A stretch of 37,947 nt of DNA from Candidatus Moranbacteria bacterium GW2011_GWC2_37_8 (GTDB taxonomy: Bacteria; Patescibacteriota; Minisyncoccia; Moranbacterales; GWC2-37-73): contig LBTS01000002.1 in the NCBI GenBank assembly GCA_000992165.1, forward strand, positions 1 through 37,947, read 5' to 3'. How positions within the stretch are numbered: the stretch's first letter is position 1; every line of letters starts with the position of its first letter. Both the position numbers and the translations under genes were made by a program. Positions 17,335 through 25,525 of the stretch are shown in pieces. Under the pieces are notes generated by a model, which was not told where the DNA came from, did not search any database, and saw nothing but the letters and a program-made list of their open reading frames with translations.

Positions 17335-17556
17335 TTATTTCAACATTTTTTCAAGCTCAGCTCTTTCATGTCTACCGACCAGAAATTTATAATCTCGCTC
17401 TTCCAAAAACAAATCAATTGCTTGATCGATATTAATTTTTCCACTCGCCAAATCTCTTCCAACCTGCTTCATCTTTGATTCACCCATACCTGAAAGTTTC
17501 TCTTTGAAACCTTTTTGTTCGATAAATTTTTTAACAGTTGAAAAAAAATCTTTCAT
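17335..17556 (-). CDS. hypothetical protein (73 aa)
   Basis: Co-oriented ORF between mnmA and alaS, with protein-like composition. Confidence 0.7.
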   Translation of the reverse strand: MKDFFSTVKKFIEQKGFKEKLSGMGESKMKQVGRDLASGKINIDQAIDLFLEERDYKFLVGRHERAELEKMLK

Positions 17557-17585
17557 ATGATTATCTATTATATATTTTTAATAAC

Positions 17586-17846
17586 CTATCTACCCAAATT
17601 ATTCATCTGGTGCTTGAGTTTTATAAGTTCATTTTGAAATTGCATATTCTGCGCATCCAATTTTTTCATTATGTTTTCCTTCACTGTTATATCCATTTGC
17701 AGTTGAGCTTGCTTATGCTTTAAATCTCTAATCGCAACTTCAGCATCAAGCCTGGCTCGCGTCAACTTTTTCACATCACTATCCTTAAGCATTATTTCTA
17801 TTTGCAGTTTTTTCTTCTGTGTCAAAAGTTCTGGTGATAATTGCAT
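17586..17846 (-). CDS. coiled-coil hypothetical protein (86 aa)
   Basis: Start moved to ATG 17846 (MQLSPELL); the upstream extension overlaps mnmA and a repeat array. Confidence 0.7.
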   Translation of the reverse strand: MQLSPELLTQKKKLQIEIMLKDSDVKKLTRARLDAEVAIRDLKHKQAQLQMDITVKENIMKKLDAQNMQFQNELIKLKHQMNNLGR

Positions 17847-17919
17847 AAAAATTAAATGTCGCGAAGCGACTCGATCATTGGAAATTAAAAATTGGAAATT
17901 GGAAATTTTATAGCAGCAG

Positions 17920-19026
17920 CTATAATATTGTTCCCCCTCCAAGCACTTCGTTGTCATCAGCATAGAACACAGCTGACTGACCTGGCGTAATAGCTTTTTG
18001 TCCTTCCAAAAATTCCACCTCGTATTTCTTACCGGTTGCTGATGACTGATTACTGATGACTGACTTAATTATACCACGCACCAGCTGATGCCGATATCTA
18101 ATCTTAATATTTGCTTCAAGTGGCAATTTGGGCTCATTAGCAATCCAATTTTTAAGCTCAACAATCATGGTTTTTTTGAATATTTTCTCATTCGCTTCAT
18201 CGTTGGTTACTATTAAGCGATTGTTTTTGAAATCTCTTTCAACGACAAAATACGGACCATTTCCTCCAATATTAATCCCCTTTCTTTGTCCAATAGTATA
18301 AAGCTCCAAACCTTCATGCATGCCAATTTTTTCACCCTCCGTGTTTATGATTTCTCCGGGCGACAATTTCAAATTGCGTTTAATAAATTTGGTTGGCGTT
18401 TTTTCAGGCGTAAAACAAAGTCCTTGAGAATCTTCCTTATCAAAAACTGGCAGATTTATTTTTTCCGCAATTTTTCGTATTTCAGGCTTCTTGTATCCTC
18501 CCACGGGAAACAAAATCCTCGAAAGTTGTTTTTGAGAAAGTGAATACAAAAAGTATGTCTGGTCTTTTTCTTCGTCAGATGAAGTGTAGAGATGATATTT
18601 TCCATCAATCATTTCCAGTTTTGCATAATGCCCTGTTGCGACAAAGTCTGCGTCCATTTCAAGCATCTTCTTATACAAAAAATTGAATTTGATTCGCTCA
18701 TTGCAAACTACGCAAGGATTTGGAGTTCGTCCAGCCTTAGTTTCTTCTAAGAAATAGTCTACGACTTCTTTTTTAAATTCTTCTGCGGCATTGACAGTAT
18801 AGAGTGGAATATCCAAAAGCTGGGCCACTTTGCGAGCATCTTGCTGAGATTCAACGCTGCAGCATTTATTCTCCCTGAGTGAATCCTGTCCGGGTTCCTT
18901 CCAGAAATGCAAAAAAACTCCCACGACGTCATAGCCTTGCTCTTTCAAAAGTGCGGCTGCCACCGAAGAATCCACTCCGGCGCTCATCCCCACAATAACC
19001 CGTTTTTTTGGTGCTTCTTTAGTCAT
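17920..19026 (-). CDS. mnmA: tRNA 2-thiouridylase MnmA
   Basis: MSAGVDSS, GRTPNPCVVCN, ATGHYA, KDQTYFL, DSQGLCF, YTIGQRKG, AITPGQSAVFY. Confidence 0.98.
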   Translation of the reverse strand: MTKEAPKKRVIVGMSAGVDSSVAAALLKEQGYDVVGVFLHFWKEPGQDSLRENKCCSVESQQDARKVAQLLDIPLYTVNAAEEFKKEVVDYFLEETKAGRTPNPCVVCNERIKFNFLYKKMLEMDADFVATGHYAKLEMIDGKYHLYTSSDEEKDQTYFLYSLSQKQLSRILFPVGGYKKPEIRKIAEKINLPVFDKEDSQGLCFTPEKTPTKFIKRNLKLSPGEIINTEGEKIGMHEGLELYTIGQRKGINIGGNGPYFVVERDFKNNRLIVTNDEANEKIFKKTMIVELKNWIANEPKLPLEANIKIRYRHQLVRGIIKSVISNQSSATGKKYEVEFLEGQKAITPGQSAVFYADDNEVLGGGTIL

Positions 19027-19073
19027 ATGTGCTTTATTCTAGCACTGTAGATAAGGATTGTAAACGCTTTATA

Positions 19074-20258
19074 TTAAACCATTTTTTCCAATTCAGGAAG
19101 AATATCTTGCAAATCCCCCTTCAGTAAGTAATCCTCTTCTCCCACAAAATTAGGTTGCACGAGATTTATAGCAATCAATTTACCATTTGGATTATTTTCT
19201 TTATACCAAGCCAGCATACCTCTATCATCACTGCTCAATCCTACAGTAATAATTGCATCAATTTCTTTCAGCCAACTTGGCTGAATGTTTTCTTTTAACC
19301 AATCTCCAGTGGGTCTAAGTGCCTGAATTCCAGTTTTTTCATGCAAGTGATCCACATTCTCTGTGAATATCTTGCATTGCAATTTTTCAGCCAATCTCGT
19401 CAACGCTGAGTGCGCAATAGTCGGTCCATTTTCGAATGCAGCATTAGCAAAATCATCCCAAGGCTTAAGGGCTTTCTCGGGTTCACTGACTGCAAGCATT
19501 ATTAACTCATCACTATTCCTCAATCCATCTAATCTTAGTGATTTTTCAAGATCCTGCATCCCATAAACTCCTCCAGCCACTGAAATCCCAGCGCCCGTAT
19601 AAAACAAAACTTTTTTACTTTTCAATATTTCACAAACTTTCTCAATATCCATTTCCACAGGACTTGGCTTTTCAATGACCTTAGCAACTTCCAATCTTAC
19701 TTTTTTAAATATTTCTTCATCCAATAATCCCTCCGATCCTTTTCCATTCCTATGATTATCAAAAATTGTTTTTGCTATTTCCAAAGATTTTTCAAGTGTG
19801 AAATTTGAATTTCTCAAGACAATATCCGCATATACTTTTATGTTTTTATCGTCATCAGCAAATCTTATAAATCCTGCATTACTAAAATCTCTCTTTTTGG
19901 TTATGCAATAGCTTTTAGGTTTTTTATTATTCTCAACATCCTCTTCGAATTTTTCCTCTTTTTTTGGAGTAGTGCCAATGTCTAGAATAAAAACATCTTG
20001 TTCTATGCCATCAACCTGCTTTCTTATTTTGGTAAATTTCTTTCTTTCATCTTCAGTTAATGATTCTGGAAGTGCTTGATAGCATTCAATATGTATGAAG
20101 GAACCATTTGGAGAATGCATGAGATCAAATTTTCTCGTATCAAAAGAAAAACCAAAATCCATTGCTCTTGTTTTTTCAATCACTTTTTCCGGTCCTCTTA
20201 ATAAAGGATTTTCTTTTTTGATTTCTTTTGCTTGTGTAAAAATTCTTTCACCTTCCAT
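19074..20258 (-). CDS. Sir2-like NAD-binding protein with an unknown N-terminal domain
   Basis: YTGAGISVAGG, PTIAH, TENVDHLH, TVGLS, IN, GDL; no zinc module or HG motif. Confidence 0.8.
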   Translation of the reverse strand: MEGERIFTQAKEIKKENPLLRGPEKVIEKTRAMDFGFSFDTRKFDLMHSPNGSFIHIECYQALPESLTEDERKKFTKIRKQVDGIEQDVFILDIGTTPKKEEKFEEDVENNKKPKSYCITKKRDFSNAGFIRFADDDKNIKVYADIVLRNSNFTLEKSLEIAKTIFDNHRNGKGSEGLLDEEIFKKVRLEVAKVIEKPSPVEMDIEKVCEILKSKKVLFYTGAGISVAGGVYGMQDLEKSLRLDGLRNSDELIMLAVSEPEKALKPWDDFANAAFENGPTIAHSALTRLAEKLQCKIFTENVDHLHEKTGIQALRPTGDWLKENIQPSWLKEIDAIITVGLSSDDRGMLAWYKENNPNGKLIAINLVQPNFVGEEDYLLKGDLQDILPELEKMV

Positions 20259-20280
20259 AAATCTCTATTTCAAAAAAAAA

Positions 20281-21126
20281 TTATCTCAATCGTTTATCTT
20301 TCCTTCTTAAAGCCAGAAAATTTTCACCTGTCACCACACTTTTTCCGGTTTTTTCTTCGAGTGCAAGCCGGGCATCTTTGGCGATTTTTCCACCTTTTTT
20401 CGCGGGAATTTTGTTTTCCTCTAAGCCACGAGATTCCAATGTTTCGGCAATTTGACGTGTGGAAAGTTCCGCCAAGGCAGTGAAAACCAATTCCGCGTCG
20501 GACATATGATCGCGCAAATTTTGCGTTTTAAGATTTTTCAAATTTTTATGCTCACCAACAGTGAGGTCGCTCCATTCCTGATGAATTATATTCGTCAAAA
20601 TTGCAAATTCATCTTGCTTTTCCACCTCATTGTTTTTCCAATAGTCCGTCAGCTTGTTTCGGATTTCCTGCCCCATCATTCTTTGCTGGATCCATTTTTC
20701 ACTGCGACCCATTTTTTGCCAATATCCCCTTGAACGATTCACGCCCTTTTCCGGATCAGACATTTCCTGAATTCTTTCATAGCCAACTTTTGCCAGCCAC
20801 AATTTGATTGGTTCAGCTTTCTTGGAAGGCACTGATTGAATTAGACGCAAAATGGTTTCCACATTAGCCACGTCAGTTTCGCGCATTTTTCCATCTTGCG
20901 CTAACATTTTCAACTGGTCACAATTTGTGACCAGTTCACTACCTTCATCTTTTAGTCTATTTTTCAATGTTGTCCAGTAGCTTTTAGCCTTCTTGAAATT
21001 TTTCTGATCAATCAACGCCGCCACAACGTCAATCACCGAAAAAAACCAAGTTTCAGTTTTTTCATCGAAGTGCCGACGAATTTTGAAATTCTCAAAAATT
21101 GCCAGCGAATCTTCATTGTTTTTCAT
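20281..21126 (-). CDS. Bro-N domain (antirepressor-like) protein
   Basis: WFFSVIDVV, LKMLAQDGKMRETD, RLIQSVPSKKAEPIKLWLA, NLRDHM. Confidence 0.9.
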   Translation of the reverse strand: MKNNEDSLAIFENFKIRRHFDEKTETWFFSVIDVVAALIDQKNFKKAKSYWTTLKNRLKDEGSELVTNCDQLKMLAQDGKMRETDVANVETILRLIQSVPSKKAEPIKLWLAKVGYERIQEMSDPEKGVNRSRGYWQKMGRSEKWIQQRMMGQEIRNKLTDYWKNNEVEKQDEFAILTNIIHQEWSDLTVGEHKNLKNLKTQNLRDHMSDAELVFTALAELSTRQIAETLESRGLEENKIPAKKGGKIAKDARLALEEKTGKSVVTGENFLALRRKDKRLR

Positions 21127-21226
21127 ATTGTTTTTTGTTTTAACGTCTTATAGTGATATCTTAACACTATAAGCAAAAGTCGTCAAATATGCCTTGTCTC
21201 CGGAGGACAGTCCTCCTAAAAAGTTT

Positions 21227-21808
21227 CTACATTTCTTTTATCACTTCCATTACCTCATCAAAACTCGAAACAATTTTGAACGGATTACCCTTTTCAAGCC
21301 TCTCTCGTTCATGAAAACCAAAATCCACTGCGATTGTTCTGAGTCCGACTTTGTTTCCTTCTAAGATATCCCCAAGTGTATCCGTCACAAAAATACAATC
21401 TTTAACCTTCAGGTCATATTTTCGAAATAAATATTTGAATTTTTCCACTTTTGATTGATGAGATTCTGCCCCAAGTATTTCTTTGAAAACATGGGTGAAG
21501 TTATTATTCTGAAAATATGTATTCAATGCCTCTTCCTGATTCGATGAAACAATAAACAACACGTGTTTTTCTGACAGCATTTCTAATTTATTCTTTATGT
21601 TTTCGTCAGCTTTTAAAGATTTAAACACCTCTCTTTGTAATTTATGCATTCCATCATGTTTTTCCTTTTCTACTTTATGACATTCATGAATGTTTCCGTT
21701 AAAAAGGTTTCTATATTCATCTTTTGACATGTTCTCACCGAATATCTCGTGCGCTAATTCAAAGGTATCATGAATCACCCCATCAAAATCAAAAATTATT
21801 GTTTTCAT
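21227..21808 (-). CDS. HAD-superfamily hydrolase (phosphoglycolate phosphatase-like)
   Basis: IFDFDGVIHDT, IVSSN, K, FVTDTLGDI. Confidence 0.92.
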   Translation of the reverse strand: MKTIIFDFDGVIHDTFELAHEIFGENMSKDEYRNLFNGNIHECHKVEKEKHDGMHKLQREVFKSLKADENIKNKLEMLSEKHVLFIVSSNQEEALNTYFQNNNFTHVFKEILGAESHQSKVEKFKYLFRKYDLKVKDCIFVTDTLGDILEGNKVGLRTIAVDFGFHERERLEKGNPFKIVSSFDEVMEVIKEM

Positions 21809-21897
21809 ATCTTTAATATTTTAAATTAAATTTTTCAAGGAACCGTCCCTTGAAAATACAAACCAAGCAATAATTAAAAAATTATGGAAAAACAAAT

Positions 21898-23655
21898 TTA
21901 CGAAGAAAATTCTGAAGTTTGCTTTTGCCATAATGAATTATAGCGACCATTCAGATCTAATAATTCTTCATGACTTCCAGATTCAACTATTTTTCCTTCA
22001 TGCAGAACAATTATACGATCAAGCCCTGCAACAGTGCTCAGTCGATGCGCTACAACTATTGCCGTTTGCTTCCCTATAATTTCAGGCAATGCGCGCTGAA
22101 TTATTTGTTCACTTTCGCTGTCGAGAGCGCTAGTGGCTTCATCAAAAATCATAATAGGAGCTTTTTTGAGAATTGCGCGAGCAATCGCCACTCTTTGCTT
22201 TTGTCCGCCGCTTAATTTAACCCCTCGCTCGCCAACAATCGTGTCATAACCATCAGGCAATTTTTTTATAAACTCATGAGCATGAGCAGCTTTAGCTGCA
22301 CGAATAATTTCTTTGTCATCTGTATCGGAGTTATAATATGCGATATTTTCTTTTATACTTCTATGAAAAAGCAGCGGTTCCTGTGGCACATATGCTATCT
22401 TTTGTCTTAGTTCGCTTTGCCTTACATCGCGGATATCAATGCCATCAATTTTGATTGAGCCACTACCAATTTCATCAAAGCGAAGCAGTAGACTTGCGAG
22501 GGTACTTTTACCAGCGCCACTCAATCCAACCACACCAACTTGTTCTCCACCCTTTATTTTAATGTTGAGATTATTGAAAACTGATATTTTTTTCTTCTTG
22601 CGAGAATTTGATGGGTAGCTAAAATTTACTTTGTCTATATTGATCGCACCTTTTTTAATTAAAAGCTCTTTAGGGTTAACAGGATCACATATTTTCTCAT
22701 AATCATTGCCTAAATATTTTAATGTGGGATAAAGTTTGGTAGTTAAATCGTCGTGAGTTCTCACTAGCGAAGGCAATGCGTCAACACTGCGAATTATTTG
22801 AAACATATAAGTAAGTGTCAATACGATCAAGCCCAGCGATTGAGGCGCGGCGGAGGCAGAGTTAGACACAATAAGATAAACAGCTACCGTGATTCCGCAG
22901 GCCGTTATTATACTTCTAGGCAATTCCAGCAAAGTAGTTATCCCTCGTCTTAGTCCAAAGATTGCTGTTTCTTGCTTTACTAATTCTACCATTTTACCTC
23001 TAGCCTTGTCTTCAATTCCTCCTGATTTAAAAGCAATGATATTGGTGATTACGTCAGAAACTTCACCAGTTATTTTGCGATATATTTCATGGGAAAGTTG
23101 ACGATGCTTGTCCACCTTGCATGATGACCACGCCACATAGGCAAATTGAATCAAAACAACCGTAGCCGCCACCAATCCAACTTGTGGAGATTTAAAGAAA
23201 AGCACCACAGGAGGCACGACAAGTGAAACAAAAGCGCCCATTGCGTCGCCTCGCAGGAATCCCAGCAAAAGTAAAGCTGCATCCAAATGCTGTCTATATA
23301 AACTAGCTAAATATCCCGTTTGATTGTCGCGATAAAATGAAACGTCTTTGCCAATCAACTTTTGATAAAAAACCACCGCAAGCTTTTTGAATTGCACTTC
23401 TTCAGCATGAGTAGAAAGCAATTCTCCAAATGCTCCTATTATTACTGCAGCAAGATAAGCTATGAAGAAATACAGTGTGTACTTTTTTGCAGCATCAAAA
23501 TTTCCAGAGGCAACATTGGCAGTCACCTGCGCTATTGCAATAGCGACATAAACTCTCATAACAACAGTGCGAAACAATTCCGCGAAAAAGCCAACCCACT
23601 GACCAATGCTGCTACCATAAGTGCGGAATATGAATTTGTAGACTTCTATGTTCAT
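21898..23655 (-). CDS. fused ABC exporter (TM domain + ATPase)
   Basis: N-terminal TM helices; GLSGAGKS, VPQE, LSGGQKQR, FDEATSALD, AHRLST. Confidence 0.96.
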   Translation of the reverse strand: MNIEVYKFIFRTYGSSIGQWVGFFAELFRTVVMRVYVAIAIAQVTANVASGNFDAAKKYTLYFFIAYLAAVIIGAFGELLSTHAEEVQFKKLAVVFYQKLIGKDVSFYRDNQTGYLASLYRQHLDAALLLLGFLRGDAMGAFVSLVVPPVVLFFKSPQVGLVAATVVLIQFAYVAWSSCKVDKHRQLSHEIYRKITGEVSDVITNIIAFKSGGIEDKARGKMVELVKQETAIFGLRRGITTLLELPRSIITACGITVAVYLIVSNSASAAPQSLGLIVLTLTYMFQIIRSVDALPSLVRTHDDLTTKLYPTLKYLGNDYEKICDPVNPKELLIKKGAINIDKVNFSYPSNSRKKKKISVFNNLNIKIKGGEQVGVVGLSGAGKSTLASLLLRFDEIGSGSIKIDGIDIRDVRQSELRQKIAYVPQEPLLFHRSIKENIAYYNSDTDDKEIIRAAKAAHAHEFIKKLPDGYDTIVGERGVKLSGGQKQRVAIARAILKKAPIMIFDEATSALDSESEQIIQRALPEIIGKQTAIVVAHRLSTVAGLDRIIVLHEGKIVESGSHEELLDLNGRYNSLWQKQTSEFSS

Positions 23656-24401
23656 TTAATTATTTTTTTACATTTTTTACTTCCACATTTGTATTTTTCC
23701 AATACACTCAATTCACTATCCAAAACATATTCAGGGTGCTTTTCTAACCACCTTGAAATATCAGTCCACTTGAAACCATGAAAGCCAAGCTCGCCATCCC
23801 AATACTCGCGCTCACTATCGTCATTTTCAAAGCTAAAATTCTTAGCAACTTCAGGTGAAGCAAATTGGATTCCATTGTCTTCAATTAATTTCCGATCATA
23901 GACGCATAGGACTAGATCCTCTGGATGATATCTTGAAAAGGCATTTTCTTTTGCCAACTTAGCACAAAGCGAAGTCATCTTTTTGCTTCGTAAACTAAAG
24001 CCACCGTTGCCAACAACAGCTTTGCCAAATAATTCTTTTGGAAAATGAAAGTGATTAATAAAAAAATCATTCACGACCCATGGCGCACCAATATAGTCAT
24101 AGTTTAAAAATTCATCTGACCATGATTCTGGATTTAAAATAAAGCCATCATATTGAACCATGAGAACATGTGGGGTTTCCACATAATTGTCCAATTCAGA
24201 AATTACAAATCTCGAATATTCTTCAACAGAATTAATTGGCTCTATTGGAACAACATTTTTATTGTCTGATTTTATTGAGCTAAGAATTTTAACATCTGCA
24301 AATTCAAACTTCTCCTGACAAATATCCATAGCCAAAATAAGCCGATCCAAATCCACGCAGTCTATTCCTAATAAGGTCACTGTTTCAAGTTTCTTTTTCA
24401 T
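23652..24401 (-). CDS. DUF5672-family protein (glycosyltransferase-like)
   Basis: VQYDGFI, YDYIGAPW, VGNGGFSLRS, PED, FGFH-like LGFHG; 4-nt overlap with the ABC gene. Confidence 0.85.
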   Translation of the reverse strand: MKKKLETVTLLGIDCVDLDRLILAMDICQEKFEFADVKILSSIKSDNKNVVPIEPINSVEEYSRFVISELDNYVETPHVLMVQYDGFILNPESWSDEFLNYDYIGAPWVVNDFFINHFHFPKELFGKAVVGNGGFSLRSKKMTSLCAKLAKENAFSRYHPEDLVLCVYDRKLIEDNGIQFASPEVAKNFSFENDDSEREYWDGELGFHGFKWTDISRWLEKHPEYVLDSELSVLEKYKCGSKKCKKIIK

Positions 24402-24407
24402 CTAATT

Positions 24408-24980
24408 TTATTTTTCTAGAATAACATCCAACAATTCTGGGAATTCATTTGTTCCCATGTCACCCATTGTAAAGTGTCCGTGGCCATTTAATTCAATGAC
24501 TTTTCCTCCTAATGATTGATGATAAATTTCAAGACTCTTTTTGCCATCCTCCTCCTCATTATTTGAAGTAAACATTACGATTTTACCTACTCTATCTTTA
24601 ATGGTTTCATCAATTGGATACACATAAAATTCTTCCCTGCCTTTGTCGCCTTCATCTGGAATTTTCCAAGGAGCAACTAGAATCAATTTATCAACTTTTT
24701 GCTTTGTTTCTCCAAGCCAACGAACAAGAAAAGCACATCCACAGCTATGCCCAATCAAAATTGTATTTTCAGTAACTTCATATTTTTCAAATTCTTTTTT
24801 GAAATTTTCATAATCAGGCGCCCAAGGAGACGGCATCATTGGGGTTTCAGCTTTTATTCCCTGTGCCAAAAGCTTCTCCCTTATCCAAGGCATCCAATGC
24901 TTATCGAATGTCCTATCAGCTAGATTCATCATTTCCTCTTCTCTTCCTGGACAACCATGAATTATGATTATATTTTTCAT
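24408..24980 (-). CDS. RBBP9/YdeN-family alpha/beta hydrolase
   Basis: IIIHG, GHSCG nucleophile elbow, LILVAP, GHF. Confidence 0.9.
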   Translation of the reverse strand: MKNIIIIHGCPGREEEMMNLADRTFDKHWMPWIREKLLAQGIKAETPMMPSPWAPDYENFKKEFEKYEVTENTILIGHSCGCAFLVRWLGETKQKVDKLILVAPWKIPDEGDKGREEFYVYPIDETIKDRVGKIVMFTSNNEEEDGKKSLEIYHQSLGGKVIELNGHGHFTMGDMGTNEFPELLDVILEK

Positions 24981-25090
24981 AACCTTTTAACTTTATGCAG
25001 TTAATTACTCTAATTTGTATTCATATTAGCATTTAAAGTGTATTTTCTCAAGAATAGGGCGTATTTGAATTTTGAATTTTGAATTCCTCT

Positions 25091-25331
25091 GCAACCATAT
25101 GAAGTATGACCTTCGGGTTATAAACTCCGGCGAAAAACAAGTGATGCGCGTTAAAAAATTTTTGCGAGACGACCCAAGAGGCGCAGTGAAAATTTTAATT
25201 GGCTTTCAAAATCTATGATTTTGTCCAGACAATATATACCCGGAGGTGTGAAGCGAAGAACGCAGTTTTTGCCACAGTATCTTCATCAGGTTGCGATTTC
25301 TTTTGTAACTTTTCTATTAAAAGAAAAGTTA
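25091..25331. ncRNA. highly structured intergenic element (ncRNA or palindromic repeat)
   Basis: GCAACC/GGTTGC, ATGAAG/CTTCAT, cUUCGg hairpin, GGCGAAAAAC/GTTTTTGCC, CTCCGG/CCGGAG, terminal TAACTTTTCT/AGAAAAGTTA. Confidence 0.55.
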
Positions 25332-25410
25332 ATCCGTTCTATACATTAGTAATAAAGGAAAAAACTATATTTAATTAATAAAAATAATAAGTTTAATGAA
25401 ATAAAGCCAG

Positions 25411-25478
25411 GGATTCTTCGCTACGCTCAGAATGACAGTGATGCCTTGCCCTGGATTCCCAGTCAAGCTGAGAATGAC
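25411..25478. repeat. two tandem REP-like units ending in AATGAC
   Basis: GGATTCTTCGCTACGCTCAGAATGAC and CTGGATTCCCAGTCAAGCTGAGAATGAC. Confidence 0.8.
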
Positions 25479-25486
25479 AAGGAAGC

Positions 25487-25514
25487 AGAAAACTCCCATC
25501 GCTGAGAGTTTTCT
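25487..25514 (-). terminator. probable terminator of the VirD4-like gene
   Basis: AGAAAACTC ... GAGTTTTCT just past the stop codon. Confidence 0.6.
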
Positions 25515-25525
25515 AAAATATAATA

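Noticed and set aside
17847-17963. N-terminal extensions in the ORF track (also at 15266, 29242, 37064 and 1207)
   Set aside because: They overlap neighbouring genes, repeats or promoter regions; better starts lie downstream
20281-21126. Prophage suggested by the Bro-N gene
   Set aside because: No structural, terminase or integrase genes nearby
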